Assembly: GCA_013265495.1 (NCBI GenBank)
Contig: MU059059.1
Location: forward strand, 1-64,000
Reading direction: 5' to 3'
Source of the DNA: Vicugna vicugna
Taxonomy: Eukaryota
DNA length: 64,000 nucleotides
Below the pieces are notes generated by a model. That model saw only the letters and a program-made list of their open reading frames with translations, made no database searches and was not told the origin of the DNA. A program made the translations under genes and the position numbers. Of the stretch, positions 37,460 through 49,390 are shown in pieces. The stretch's first letter is position 1, and each line of letters opens with the position of its first letter.

Positions 37460-37910
37460 ACTTCTTAGTTTCTTGTGGCTGCCGTAACAAACTATGGCAA
37501 ACTAGCTGGCTTAAGAGAATAGAAATGCATCCTCTCACAGGGCTGGCAGTCAGAAGTCTGCACTCANNNNNNNNNNNNNNNNNNNNNNNNNNNNNNNNNN
37601 NNNNNNNNNNNNNNNNNNNNNNNNNNNNNNNNNNNNNNNNNNNNNNNNNNNNNNNNNNNNNNNNNNNNNNNNNNNNNNNNNNNNNNNNNNNNNNNNNNNC
37701 ANNNNNNNNNNNNNNNNNNNNNNNNNNNNNNNNNNNNNNNNNNNNNNNNNNNNNNNNNNNNNNNNNNNNNNNNNNNNNNNNNNNNNNNNNNNNNNNNNNN
37801 NNNNNNNNNNNNNNNNNNNNNNNNNNNNNNNNNNNNNNNNNNNNNNNNNCATTCATGTATTCCAGGGATTTGGATGTGGTTATATCTTTTGGGGAGCCAC
37901 TCAGGGGTTA
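37460..37910 (-). mobile_element. MaLR LTR (MLT1-type), centre in gap
   Basis: ttagtttcttgtggctgccgtaacaaactatggcaaactagctggcttaa ... ttccagggatttggatgtggttatatctttggggagcc. Confidence 0.85.
37567..37849. other. Assembly gap with a 2-bp 'CA' island at 37700-01
   Basis: 133 N + CA + 148 N. Confidence 0.99.
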
Positions 37911-38059
37911 AGGAGGGAGATGTCTTCCGAAGCCCTTGCATCCTGTACCCAGTTAGGAATTCCATTAAGAGGGAGAGCTAGAAGTACAGTGTGGGATAAC
38001 GTGGGAGGGAACTCAACGATTTCGGTTGGGGTTGGAGCTCTCTAGCTGAAGGCACATCT

Positions 38060-38330
38060 TGTAGCTGCAATGATCTTTCTGTTTAGATGCAGATCTGACC
38101 ACTCCCTACTCCAGACTCTTTAATGATTTTTCATTACCTTTAGGATTAAGTTCACCACCTCAGCAAGTCTTACACCACCCTTTGTGGTTTGGCTTCATTT
38201 CTTGCCTCCCCCTCAGTCCTGCGCAATCCAGGGAGAATGACTTGTGGTTCCCCTGGCAGCTCCCTGCTCACTGCCTCTGGGCCTTCAGCCCTGGGTTCAT
38301 CTGCCTGGAACACTCTTACTCCTTCTCTTA
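38060..38330 (+). mobile_element. L2 LINE fragment
   Basis: atctgaccactccctactcc...taggattaagttc...ctgcctggaacactctt. Confidence 0.7.
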
Positions 38331-40669
38331 GCCCAACTAGAGACAGATGAGCTCAATTACAGCCAGCATCATTGGTCTCTGTTTACTTCAAGCTCTCCCT
38401 GGTCCCAGCTCTCTATTTAGTTCAGGCAAACTCAGGATGGGACCTGTCTCCCTGGAAACTCTCAGCATGACAGCTGCCAGCCGCAGAGGCTAAGTCCTTC
38501 CAGTGCTGTCAGCGTGGCAGATCTTGGTTTGTGCATTCACTCTACTAAGTGCCAAGTCCTGTACTAGGCCTGCAGCACAAGAGTGAACAAGGGAGACTCA
38601 TCTCTGCCCTCCCCACCTGATGGCTTCACCCAAATTATGGGCGCCAAGAACTCTGATGGGCTGATTTAGGGGAAAAGGAATTAACTAGATTGAGGGGGTC
38701 AGGAAATATGTTTATGTCTGTTACAGCCAGGCGAGGGGGTGAAGTAGAAAATGTCTCTCATTTGAAAAGACAGCACATGCAGAGGCTGAGAACTCAGACA
38801 GAGAGCAGGAGACCATGTGGGTCTGCCCAGGGGTGAATGACGGAGTCTGAGGGAAGCCACGCCTAGATCATGAAATGTGGGGAGAGACGGCTGATCAACA
38901 AGAAAATAACGTCTTACAGTGAACTATTCACCACCCCTCTTATGAAAAGTCTTGTGGGCACTGCCCCCAGGGGATTTTTCACTGGCCAACTCTGGCCCAC
39001 CACCTGCTGATTATAAGGAGACCAGCCACCCCAGTTTGCCTGGGACGCAGGGATTTCCTGTGCCCAAACTGGAAAAGTCTTGGGCAAACTGGTAACCCTA
39101 GTTGGGGGGAGTTTACAACACCCTTACCAAGTCCAATACAATGTAGTTCCTGCTTTGCAGAATGACCCCTCTCCCGCTGGACATGATCCTGGTGGGTCCT
39201 CCTCTCCCAGACCAAGGAAGGACAAGGATGTCCAAATCAGGACAACCAGCCCCTTTCTCTTTAAAGAGTCTCAACACAAAGTCTAAAGGGACTGTCCAGT
39301 AACTCATTCAGGTCACCTAGATCCCCAGAGGCCTTTGGGTTCCTGTTGTTTTCTCAGCATGTTCTTCAGCCTTTCCTTCGACACCTTGAGGTGCCCCTCA
39401 CAGTTTTGCAATGAATTTCCTTTCTGTTTATGTTATTCTGTTGATTCTGTTGCTGGTAAGCAACCCCTCTGCCACTCTCCGCACAGCAGCTAGAACATTC
39501 TGTGTGTTGACAATCCAGAGCCCTGCTAAACACCTGACTTCTTTTAAGCATCTGACCGTCACCTGTGATCATATCTTTAGCCCCCACACTCCCCTTCCCA
39601 ATTCATGAGACGCTGCTCACGCCTTGAACTGATACCCCACATCCAGCCCGCACCCCACCTCCAAGAGACCTCGCCCCTCACAGTCTCTCCTGCCACCCCT
39701 TCACCTGTTCGGAGCCTTAGGTTCATTGCTGGAAGCTGAGGAATCTCCAACATGGGAATGCCCCAGACTTGGCCTTTCTTTTACAAACTGTAAAGCACCC
39801 AGAAGTGCAAATGACGACCTTTCAAAATTTGTATATATTCCAGGATTCAGACCTGATTCAACTGGGATTAATCTGAGTCAGGAGCTGTCCTTGTCTGCAG
39901 TAGGGTCTCCAGGAAGCCTTTAGAACTCTGAATTAATATTAGCCCCATTTTCAGATGGGGACACTGAAGATCTCCAAATTCTTTAGAGTCAGGCAATCTG
40001 CCAGCCACCTCTGGGCAGACAGTCAAGGACAGCTAATGCCCACCGCCTACCTGGCCTGCCCACGGGCAGCTCCCTGGGACAGTCTCTCCTGCTGAACCAA
40101 AGCCAAGAGTCAAGGCAGGAGGCAGAACCTCGTCTGGGCCTCTTCGACACCAAAGAGCAAGCCTCTTTCCTGGATCACTTTAGAAATGGAAACAAAATGA
40201 CGTTAGGTGTTATTTTGCTGACTTTCACTCAATCTGTTCCCCCAGGGTCTCAGGCCTGCTGACCAGCAGGACCAGATGGCACCTTTGGCAGGAACAGCTC
40301 ATCATTTCTGCCTTTGTGCAGGCCTTGAATATCTTAAAAACAATTCACTTCTCCTGACCGACATTATCTGTGCATCCCTTCTAGTTACCCAGGTATTTTC
40401 CTTCCTATGACTGCTGAAGGCACTCGGGACCCAACCCTATAGCTTATAGTTCATGTCTTTGAGAGGACAGCTGACTTTGTTGTCCAGAAGCAGGGAGGAT
40501 GAGGGGAAGGGAGTGGGGAGGGAAGGCAGAGGACCAGGAAATGGAGGAACAAGATTGCCCCACATTCATAACTCTTTGTAACCAGCCCTTTTCTCAGACT
40601 TTCCAGACTGTGGCCAACTACCCTCCGTGTTCTCCTGGGAACTTCCTGATTGCTCAACAAAAGGTTTTG

Positions 40670-40850
40670 GAGTCATTGGACCTGAGTTTGAATCCCAGGT
40701 CCCTGACACACTTGGGCATGTTATGTGACCTGTCTAAGCTTCAGTTTCCACGTCTGAAAATGGGGCTAGCGTTAGTACCTCCCAGAGTTGTGGACATCCG
40801 ATGAGACAGTGCTTCTCAAGTGCTCGGCATGCAATCAATGTCAGATATTA
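40670..40850 (+). mobile_element. MIR SINE
   Basis: ctgagtttgaatcccaggtcc...tgtgacctgtctaagcttcagtttccacgtctgaaaatgggg. Confidence 0.8.
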
Positions 40851-40949
40851 GGAGAAATATTCTCCTTTGTTAGTCTCATAAGTCAAATGCAAACAGCTAT
40901 CACTCCTGCTTTCTGTGTTTCTGGATTCCTGCTGACGTGGTCGTGGTGG

Positions 40950-41127
40950 CCAAAATCATGGGCTTTAGATGCTCTCAATCTGAACTGGGCCACATTATCA
41001 ATAGGAAAGCAAATGAACCTCTATACACACAAATTTTCTTATCTGTAAAGTGGGAATAATCAAACCTACTCCATAGGATTATGGTGAAGGTTAAGGTAAA
41101 TAAGTTACATGCTGAATGTGCTTAGTA
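40950..41127 (+). mobile_element. MIR SINE interrupted by a Tigger MITE
   Basis: ttcttatctgtaaagtgggaataatcaaacctactccataggattatggtgaaggttaa. Confidence 0.7.
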
Positions 41128-41320
41128 CAGGTCCATGATTCCTTATGCAAAACCCATGGGGTTTTGCAAGACTTTTTGGATTTCAGAAGAATAATAACAT
41201 TTATATGCTGTATATTTTGTAACTCCTGAGCCATATGTGAGTCAGCACCCCATAGTCAAACACATTCTTATTTGTACAGGAAGCCTATGAGTATCATACT
41301 TAGTGGGGTAAATAAATTCT
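41128..41320 (+). mobile_element. TcMar-Tigger MITE (MER46C-like), 5' part
   Basis: TA followed by the TIR CAGGTCCATGATTCCTTAT; internal cagcaccccatagtcaaacacatt. Confidence 0.7.
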
Positions 41321-41655
41321 TACCTTGTGAGACAGGCAGGGCAAGTATTAAAGTTCTCACCTGACAGTTAACAAACCAAGGTTCAGGATAGTGGGCTGTT
41401 CAAAAGCACATGGCCCATACCTGGCAGCACCAGGATCCCTGGGTCATCTGGTTACCTGGCCCAGGGGCTCTTTCCATCACACTACACAGTGTGACAGACA
41501 TCGCCTTGTTACAGTCATTCCCTTTGCTTAGTGAACTTAAAAAAAGAGCAGCTACTAAATAGTCAAGTTTTCTTCTCATCTTTCTGAGTGGATGTATTTC
41601 TCCATTCTTTTCATATTCTGCTTTTCCCACTTTGGTACTTGGTACAAATTTCTCT

Positions 41656-41690
41656 GTATTGTATTGTATTGTATTGTATTGTGTTGTAGT
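41656..41690. repeat. (GTATT)5 plus 2 degenerate units, in an L1ME relic
   Basis: Direct count. Confidence 0.9.
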
Positions 41691-43614
41691 CACATTAAAA
41701 AAATTCCTGGAGTCTTCCAGAATTTTAATATAACTCAGCTAGCTTAACTATTCCCCTACTGCTGGGTATTTGCATGTTTCCGATTTTGCACTGTTCTAAA
41801 ATAATGCTCAGTCACTCACTTTAAACTTTGCCTTGGGGATGAGCAAGCACATTGATCTGAAAACACCTGTCCCTTGAGCCCCCGGCTGGCTGGCAGCTTT
41901 TGGGAGATTGTATTTCCAGGCACTTCCACCATGTGTTTGTTGTTTCCAATCAACTAATCAATTAGGGTTTATTGAGTGCCTTCGTGGGAAACAGGGTGCT
42001 CTTTGGTGCTGGGAGGAGGCACAGAAGGACAAGCCATGTCTCTGACCCTGAAGAGGCTTATGTGTAACCCAGGAGGCCTTTCAACTTCAAACCAAGCTGG
42101 GTTTGCATCCAGCCAGTGAGGTCTTCTAAGCAGGGCTGGTCAAGATGGGCACCAGGGTGTGACGTGAGTGATGAAAGCAAGAACTTTAAATAGGTCTCTG
42201 ATGTATCCCCTTGCCTGTTAAGGGCTTTGGTTCCTTTTGGAAAGAAGGTGCTAAAAATGAAATAGTGAATGGAGGAAACAAGGTCAGAGGTTCCATAAAA
42301 TCTCCCCTAATTTATCAAGTTTTACTTTCAGACTCCAATGGTCAGAATGAACCATTAAAAATCAATACAAACTACCACCTCCCTGGATTCCCTTGTTGGG
42401 GGATTGGTGAAAGGATTAAACAAGACCTGGTTGCTGGTTCTGGCTTCCCCTTAAGCACATTATGTAATTAACCTCTCTCTGCCTCTGCTTGCCTATCCAT
42501 CAAACGGGAATTACAGTCATTCTCATGGGACACAGGATTGTAACAAGGACCACTTGAGATCCTGTCAAGTGTGTTAGAATAAAACGTTGCCCAAGTGATT
42601 TGGGGGAGGCTGGGGACCACTTCTTACTCACTGCCGCATCCCAAGCACCTATACATGAGGGTCTGGCACATAGTAGGAGCTCAATAAACATTTGCTGAGT
42701 GAATGAGGGGATTGGTGGGTGTAATCACGGGTCTGTAAAGGACAGAGAACTGCACTTCATCCCATCAGCCCTGAGCCTGAGAAGGGGGTCACTCCACTCC
42801 AGCTTCACCCCCACGTCAATCCTCCCCACAGCAGTCCCCATCCTGATTCCGTCACTCCTGTATCCACTCTAAGGAGCCCCCCATTCAGGGAAGCAAAGAT
42901 TCAAAGCCTTAAGTTCACCCTGGATGGGGGAGCGGAGGCCAGCGCTGACCTCAGCCCATCTCCTCAGGTTTCAAGGGCTGCAGGACTCGCTGTCACAAGG
43001 GACTGGCCTGCTCCGCCCTCATTTCCCGCTCCTGGATGCTGAGGCAGGGGAATATCAGGACATAGGAGTCAGCAGCCAACAGCAGCTCTCTGGCCAGCTG
43101 AGAAGGCCACCTGGCACCAGAGAGCAGCCATGCCTAGTCCTCCACCAGCCAGGGCCTCAGGTGTTCCGTCTCCTAGCCCAGCCCGCCTGCTGCTCCTGGG
43201 ACATTTGGGACCAACGACAAGATGCCTGGCAGCCTGCACTAGAAAGTTCAAAGTGGCTCGAGCCCAGACCACTGGCCGGACTTTCCCAAGGAGGTTTCCT
43301 CTGTTTCCTGAGTCAGTGTCACCCTTCTCACTGTGACATCCTCAAGGACAGCGCAGCCTGTGAAGGTCTGCACTTTCCAAAGCCTGATTTCTCTCCGTAT
43401 GCATTTGTTCATCTCTCTGTTCTCTGTCTTCTCCACCCAGATGGAGGGTCCAGAGGGCGGGGTACATGTCTGACTCTTTCACAGCATTCTCATGCCAGTA
43501 CTGAGAACCCTGCCTGACCCGAAGTAGGTGTTTCACTAATATTTGTGAATGAATGAATGAACACATGAACCCTTTTGCAATGTTTGTTATATATGATAAA
43601 TGCTAGCTATTATA

Positions 43615-43758
43615 GTTTGTTTTTTGCAGGGGGAGGTAATTAGGTTTATTTACTTACTTTTTTATTTATTTTTAATGGAGGTACCGGGGATTGAACCCAG
43701 GACCTCACGCATGCTAAGCATGCGCTCTACCACTGAGCTCCACCCACCCACTCCTGGA
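43615..43758 (-). mobile_element. tRNA-Ala-derived camelid SINE, long form, with TSD
   Basis: Head GAGCTCAGTGGTAGAGCGCATGCTTAGCATGCGTGAGGTCCTGGGTTCAATCCCCGGTACCTCCA, then an AT-rich spacer, AAACCTAATTACCTCCCCC and an A tail; perfect TSD TAGCTATTATA at 43604-14 and 43759-69. Confidence 0.95.
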
Positions 43759-44379
43759 TAGCTATTATAAATAAGTGATTATTATAAATGACTTTAAAAG
43801 GAAGCAGTAATTTCCATAGTCTCTCACGCTTAATACACATTGTCCCGCCTCATTCACTGATTATTCAGATTTTTATTCTTTCATTCAGTTATTCATTCAA
43901 ACTTGTATTTGATCTGTAGGAGAGATGTGAATTAACTGGTCACATAATGAGTATGTCAGGGCTACAATAATAGGGGTACCAACTTATACAAGCATCTCTG
44001 ATGGGGTTGGGGTGATTTGACCCTAGTCGGGGATGTCAGGGGAAGCTATCTGGAGGAAGTTCCACTTAGGCCAAGATGAAAGCCTTTAACTGGGAGCCAA
44101 AGTGGGGACAGAAACATATGACAGGAAGAGGGGATGGCATGTGAAAGGCCCCTGGCGTAGGAGGGAGCGTGAAAGGAGGAGAAACTGCAGGACAGCCAGG
44201 AGGGCAGGATGAGATGAGGTCAGCCCCCTCGGCGAGGCAAGAGCAGCAGCAGATGGCCAGCAGCACCCAGATGTGCCCCATAGGTGGTCTGGACCAGGGC
44301 AGGTGCCCCTTGAGATGTCACCTCCTCCAGGGGACTGTTCCCAACCCCCCAGCCTAGGTTAGGACCCCTCCTTTGTGAT

Positions 44380-44590
44380 CCCATGGGACCCAGAGATTCC
44401 CCTTATCATTTAACTCATAAAAGTCTACTTTAATGATTTGTTTGCTTATTTTTGGTTTCCCTGTCTCTCGGTTTGTGAGCTCCTGGAGGGCAGAGACCTT
44501 GGTTATTCATCCTATGCCACCAGTGTCTAACGCAGTGCCTAGAACATGATGAACGACCCATTATTATTTGATGAATGAATGAATGAATGA
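44380..44590 (+). mobile_element. L2 LINE 3' end
   Basis: gtgagctcctggagggcagagacc...cagtgcctagaacatg...gatgaatgaatgaatgaatgaa. Confidence 0.85.
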
Positions 44591-44929
44591 AGGCAGGGCC
44601 CTCAGGTCATGGAGTGTACCGGACAGTGTTTAGATTTCCACACATTCAGGAAGCCCCAGCTGAGCCCTGTGCTGCAAACAGGAAGGTGTGGAAGGGGGGC
44701 CTCTGCTGACTTCTAGAGAAGAAGGGAGACAGAAGGCTGGAAAAAAGAAAGGTCAGAAGATACTGTGCAGTTAGTACCATATGAAGGAAAAAAAGGGTTT
44801 ACAGTACCATCTTTCAAAGGAAGGAGAGGCAACAGTTTCAAGGAGGACTTATCTACCAGATATGAAAAAGGAATTTCGACAGGGGAAGTTGCATGTGTCT
44901 GTAAGGAGGAACAAGAATGTGAGCTGGGT

Positions 44930-45150
44930 ACTGAGCAGACTCTCGTGTATTATGTGCCAAGCACTGTTCTAAGTGCTTTGCAAGTACTTAACATTTAAAT
45001 CCTCATAACAATTTCATGAAGCATTTAACTACTATGTCTATTCTATAGGTGAGGAAACCGAAGAGCAGAGAGGTTAAATACATCCCCCGGGACTGAGCAC
45101 CTAGGGAGTGACAGAGCCAGGCTCTGAACCCAAGCACTTGGGCCTGAATG
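44930..45150 (-). mobile_element. MIR SINE
   Basis: tatgtgccaagcactgttctaagtgcttt...ggtgaggaaaccgaagagcagagaggttaa. Confidence 0.88.
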
Positions 45151-45249
45151 AAGCCAGGCTCTTACCCCTGACCCCATGCTGCCCTCAAGCCTGCCCTTGC
45201 TCTGCTGCTGATACAGCTGAGGAATTGGTATCCTTTTTAAGATCCTCCT

Positions 45250-45370
45250 GAGAGGGAGGTTAGATTCTTCCCCATTTTGCAGATGAGAAAACTAAGGCTT
45301 AGAGAGGTTAATTTGTCAAAGATCAGCCAGCTAGTAAGTGGCAGAGCCGGGATCCATGACCACAGCCACC
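45250..45370 (-). mobile_element. MIR SINE core
   Basis: cccattttgcagatgagaaaactaaggcttagagaggttaatttgtcaaagatca. Confidence 0.85.
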
Positions 45371-46329
45371 TCACTGTCTCTGGTATTCCTGTGATGCTCT
45401 TGGCTGAACTTTGAACCTGGGTCGTAGGCCACACCCTCGGCAGCTTGAGAACCCCAGCCAAGGCCTGGCAGATGGCAGTGCCCTGTGCACGTTTCTGACT
45501 CAGCAGCACCGTGTCGATTCTGCAGTTTCCTTCCCAGCTCTGAGCCTCTAACCCACCACTACTGAGATGGAACACCATCTCGACCTGGCACAAGATAGGA
45601 ACAGCTAAATTCATCAGCAGCTTTTTGGGGAAAAAATAAAATCTATTTATACATCCCTGATGGTCAGGAAGGCAACAGCCTGATCTAGGGGAAGGTAGTT
45701 AAGGATTCAGCAAGTCAGCATCCCAGGGACCTGCGTGGTCCATGTGCAGCATCCCACGTGGGGCTTGGAGCCTCTGGCAGACCCTCCATCTCACTTGGAT
45801 GCCAGGATGCTTTCCCTCCCTGATCCATCCATCAGGGGTTCCCTTGGTGCCCGGCAGACAGCCTCATACACACCTGAAACCAGGAAAGGGGTACTTGGAC
45901 CCAAGCCAGCCTCCTTGACATAGCAGCCTAGGGCCAAGTCGATAGCTCAGGACTGTCAGGGTCATCTGAGCAGCTTGTGGGAACGCTGGTTGCTTCCCCG
46001 TCAATCACCTGACATAAAGCCCTCTGACACAGGCTTCACCACCCAGTTTCCTTTCCTGGAGGTGACGTCACTGTGATGGTCTGTGCCTCAGTTTCCCCAC
46101 ATGTGTGGACAGACGCTCCTCAAGCTTCCAGAACACAGAAGCTTGAACAAGGGAGCCATCCCTGAGATAATAACAGAAAAGATTTCCACTTGTGGGCCAA
46201 GGATGGCAGCGTGGTGAGACGCGGGGTGGGCGGGAGAAGCTTGGTGCTGAGAGTCAGGCAGATCTGGGTACAAATCCTGGATCTGCCTTTTTCTGCCTCT
46301 GTGATCTCCGAGCCTTGGAAATGCTAACC

Positions 46330-46530
46330 AATCCCATTCTCAAAACAGCCCTCTGAGGTAGGTGCTATCTCCAGTCACATTTTTTTTTAAATTGAAGTAT
46401 AGTCTAGTCACACCTTATAATGGAGAAAATGGGGCACAGAGAGGCAAATTAACTTGCCCAAGGTCACACAGCTGGTAACTAGCAGAGTCAGGTGGCCTAC
46501 GTCTGGTCTGTGCTCCTAACCACCGCCTTA
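46330..46530 (-). mobile_element. MIR SINE
   Basis: gaggtaggtgctatc...gggcacagagaggcaaattaacttgcccaaggtcacacagctggta. Confidence 0.85.
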
Positions 46531-48759
46531 CACTGCCTGCAGCCTGTAAGACCTTGGAGATCAGAATTCTGACTCTGGCCCTGCCAGTAACTTAAGTCAT
46601 ACCATCACTTGGACCTCATCTGTCAAATGAGGGTAGAAGACCCCCGAGACTACACATATAGCACTACTTGGGCCTCGAAGTCGTTTCTGAGAGTGTGTTG
46701 TCTGCCCACTGGCCCACAAGGTGCTGGAATGGTTGTTGGGAGATCTCTCTTCCTTGCCCCTGTGTCTCCACGCCCTGCCTCCTAGTCTTGGCTTCAAGGA
46801 AAAGCAACAGGGGGGCAGTGAAAGAGCCTCTTTCCCAGGGTTCCCTGAGCACCCACAGCGGCCCTCTTCCAAAGGCCCAAAGAGCTACGAGGGCAGAGGC
46901 TGGCGCTGGGCAATGTGGATCCAGCCGACAGGTCATATCCTCCGCCACATCAGAGCTTCCTCGGTCTCCTGGTCACACTGGGTGACCAAGTTAAGGCAAT
47001 TTTGAGAATCTTAATATCGGAGGGGAGTACAGAGTTAGGACATTTGGTCCAAGAATGCAGGAATCTCGTCTTTAGCAGTTAGTTCTAACTCAGCTGGCTG
47101 GCGTGCCCTTGTGACGGCCAGATGACCCTCCTAAGACAGTGTGAGCCCTCCAGGCTGGCCAAAATTGTCAGAAGTTCTTCCTGAAGCTGGGCTGCAATCT
47201 GACTTTTCTGTCCTGCCCACCTTCTAGGCCCCGTGTGGCTCTTGGAGGATCACAGGGTCCCTCTCGTGGGACAGTCCTCTACCGACTTGCAGAGAGTCCC
47301 TGTGTCCCTGCCAAGTCTTCTATTTTCTAAACCAAATATCCCCACTTTCTTCAATTCCACCTCTCAGGTCAGGGTTCTTTGAGGCTTCCGCCTCACCGCC
47401 CGACCCTCTCTTCCCAAAATGTTCTAATGGATTTGTCGGTAATCCTGACACTATTCTAAACACTTGACATGTTTAGTGTTTAAAAAGCTAACTCACTTAA
47501 GTTCCACAACAACCCCACGAGACAGGAAGAACGATTATTTGCAGTTTGCCGATAAGGACACGAAGGCGCAGACAAAATAATGAAGTCAAAAAATAATACT
47601 CAATTGACCTTGGACTTTCCTAACTCTGCAGAGGTCAGATTAAATGTGTATGTCTAAGGCTTGGGGCATGTGGACCAAAGTTCATTGTCCTGGGTTCTGT
47701 TAATTTCCCACCTGCCTTAGGAACTGATGTCTGTCCCTGTCCCTTATGGACAGTCTCCTTAAGTGTCCAATGACAACACAATGGCACTGGACGTTATTTA
47801 TCTCAAAGCACTGGGCGAAAGCTTTGGCCTCCATAATCTGGCTTTATCCTCACAAGAGCCCCTGAGAAAGGTGTTTATTGTTTCTCTTTTGAAGGTGACC
47901 TAACTGCAGCTTAGAGAGGTGTCTTGCCAAGGTCACACAGCTGGCTGGGATTTGAACTGAGGTCTTCCTGACTTTAAAGCCTCTATTCCTAACCCTATAA
48001 AGAAAGAGGGGATCGTGTCCCATTTTTGTAGTTAAAAACATAAAGCTCTCAGAGAAAGGAAGTAATAGGCCCGGACCAGGAAGGAGCTGAAGCCAGCGTC
48101 CAGCTCAAATCTCCGTGCTTCCTGCACTCCTGCCTCGGCCACGAGCACCCCGCCTTCTAGACACTCCCTGGGAGAGGCACCGGAAAAGGCATTTTGAGAA
48201 AAGGAGGGAGGCTCGAGGGAGATTAGGGATGAGACAAAATATCTTGGGGCCAGAGCATCCTGTCCTGGGAGCTGTTGCCAAGATGGCTCCAAGTGGCCTT
48301 GGTGAGCTATTTGGGAGGAGGGTTCATAGCTGGGCTGGGAAAGTGGGTGTAGAAGGTCCCAAATGGCAAACTGGCTCCTTGGTGTTATCTCTCAGCCCCT
48401 ATTCTTGACTCATTAAGCTCTACCTTGTTTTCTCAGCCTGGAAAAGAGGGTTAACAGGACTTACTCGAGAGGCTGGGAAGGAACATGGGATAGTGACTTC
48501 CTTGACTTTGGAGTCAGGACAAGCCTGAAGATCTTGTCCTATACCTGCCCCCCAACTCCCTGTCCCCCTCCCTCCCACCAGTCCTCGCCACCTTGGGGAG
48601 GGGCGCCACGCATGATCAGGCTGCTCAAGCCGCAAGTCTGGAATTCAGCCTCAGTTCCTCCGTGCCCCTCACTGCAGCCCAGCAGCAATCCTCCAGGTCT
48701 CAAGCTGCACCCCTCCCCTCCCCTCCCCCGACTCCACCAGAGAGTCCAAGCAGCGTCCT

Positions 48760-49390
48760 CTCTCACCTGGACACTGCTGGGCTTCCTAAAATCCTCTTCT
48801 TTCCCCCACTCCTGTAACTAAAGCCTACTCCCAAACCTACACTCACAGTGATGCTTGAAATTTTAAACCAGATATTGTCACTTGCTTAAAAGCCTTCGAA
48901 GGTCTCCCATTCTACTCAGACAAAAATCAAAATCCCTGAACTTGGCCTGACTGGTCTGGCCCCTGCCCACCCAACCGTCTCAGGCTACGGGTCTCGCCCT
49001 CATTCACTGAACCCCAACCCCAATGAACTTGCAGTTCTAAGAACTCGTCAAGCTCTTTTCCTCCTCGGGGACTTGGTAGCTTCTGGTCCCTCAGCCTAAT
49101 ACCCCTCCTGGGCAACGGCTTCCTGTCACGCAGGCTCAGCTCAGAGGGGCCTTCCCCGACCATCTTTTCTGGAGCAAAGCCCCACTTTATGGTCTCTCAC
49201 AGTACCTGTTTATTTCCTTCTGAGCACTCATTACAGTATAAATATGTCATCTCGTGACTTTGGCTGCTTGTTTGTTTTTTGCCTCCTCCACAAGACTGTA
49301 ACTCACCAAGTCAGGGGTCTGTCTGCTTATGGTTGTAGCTTCCTAACACAGCATCTGGCACTCAGGAAATACTTCTGGATGAAAGATGAA
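48760..49390 (+). mobile_element. L2 LINE 3' region
   Basis: cttaaaagccttcgaaggtctcccatt...tcggggacttgg...caagactgtaactc...cagcatctggcactcaggaaatacttctggatgaa. Confidence 0.85.
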
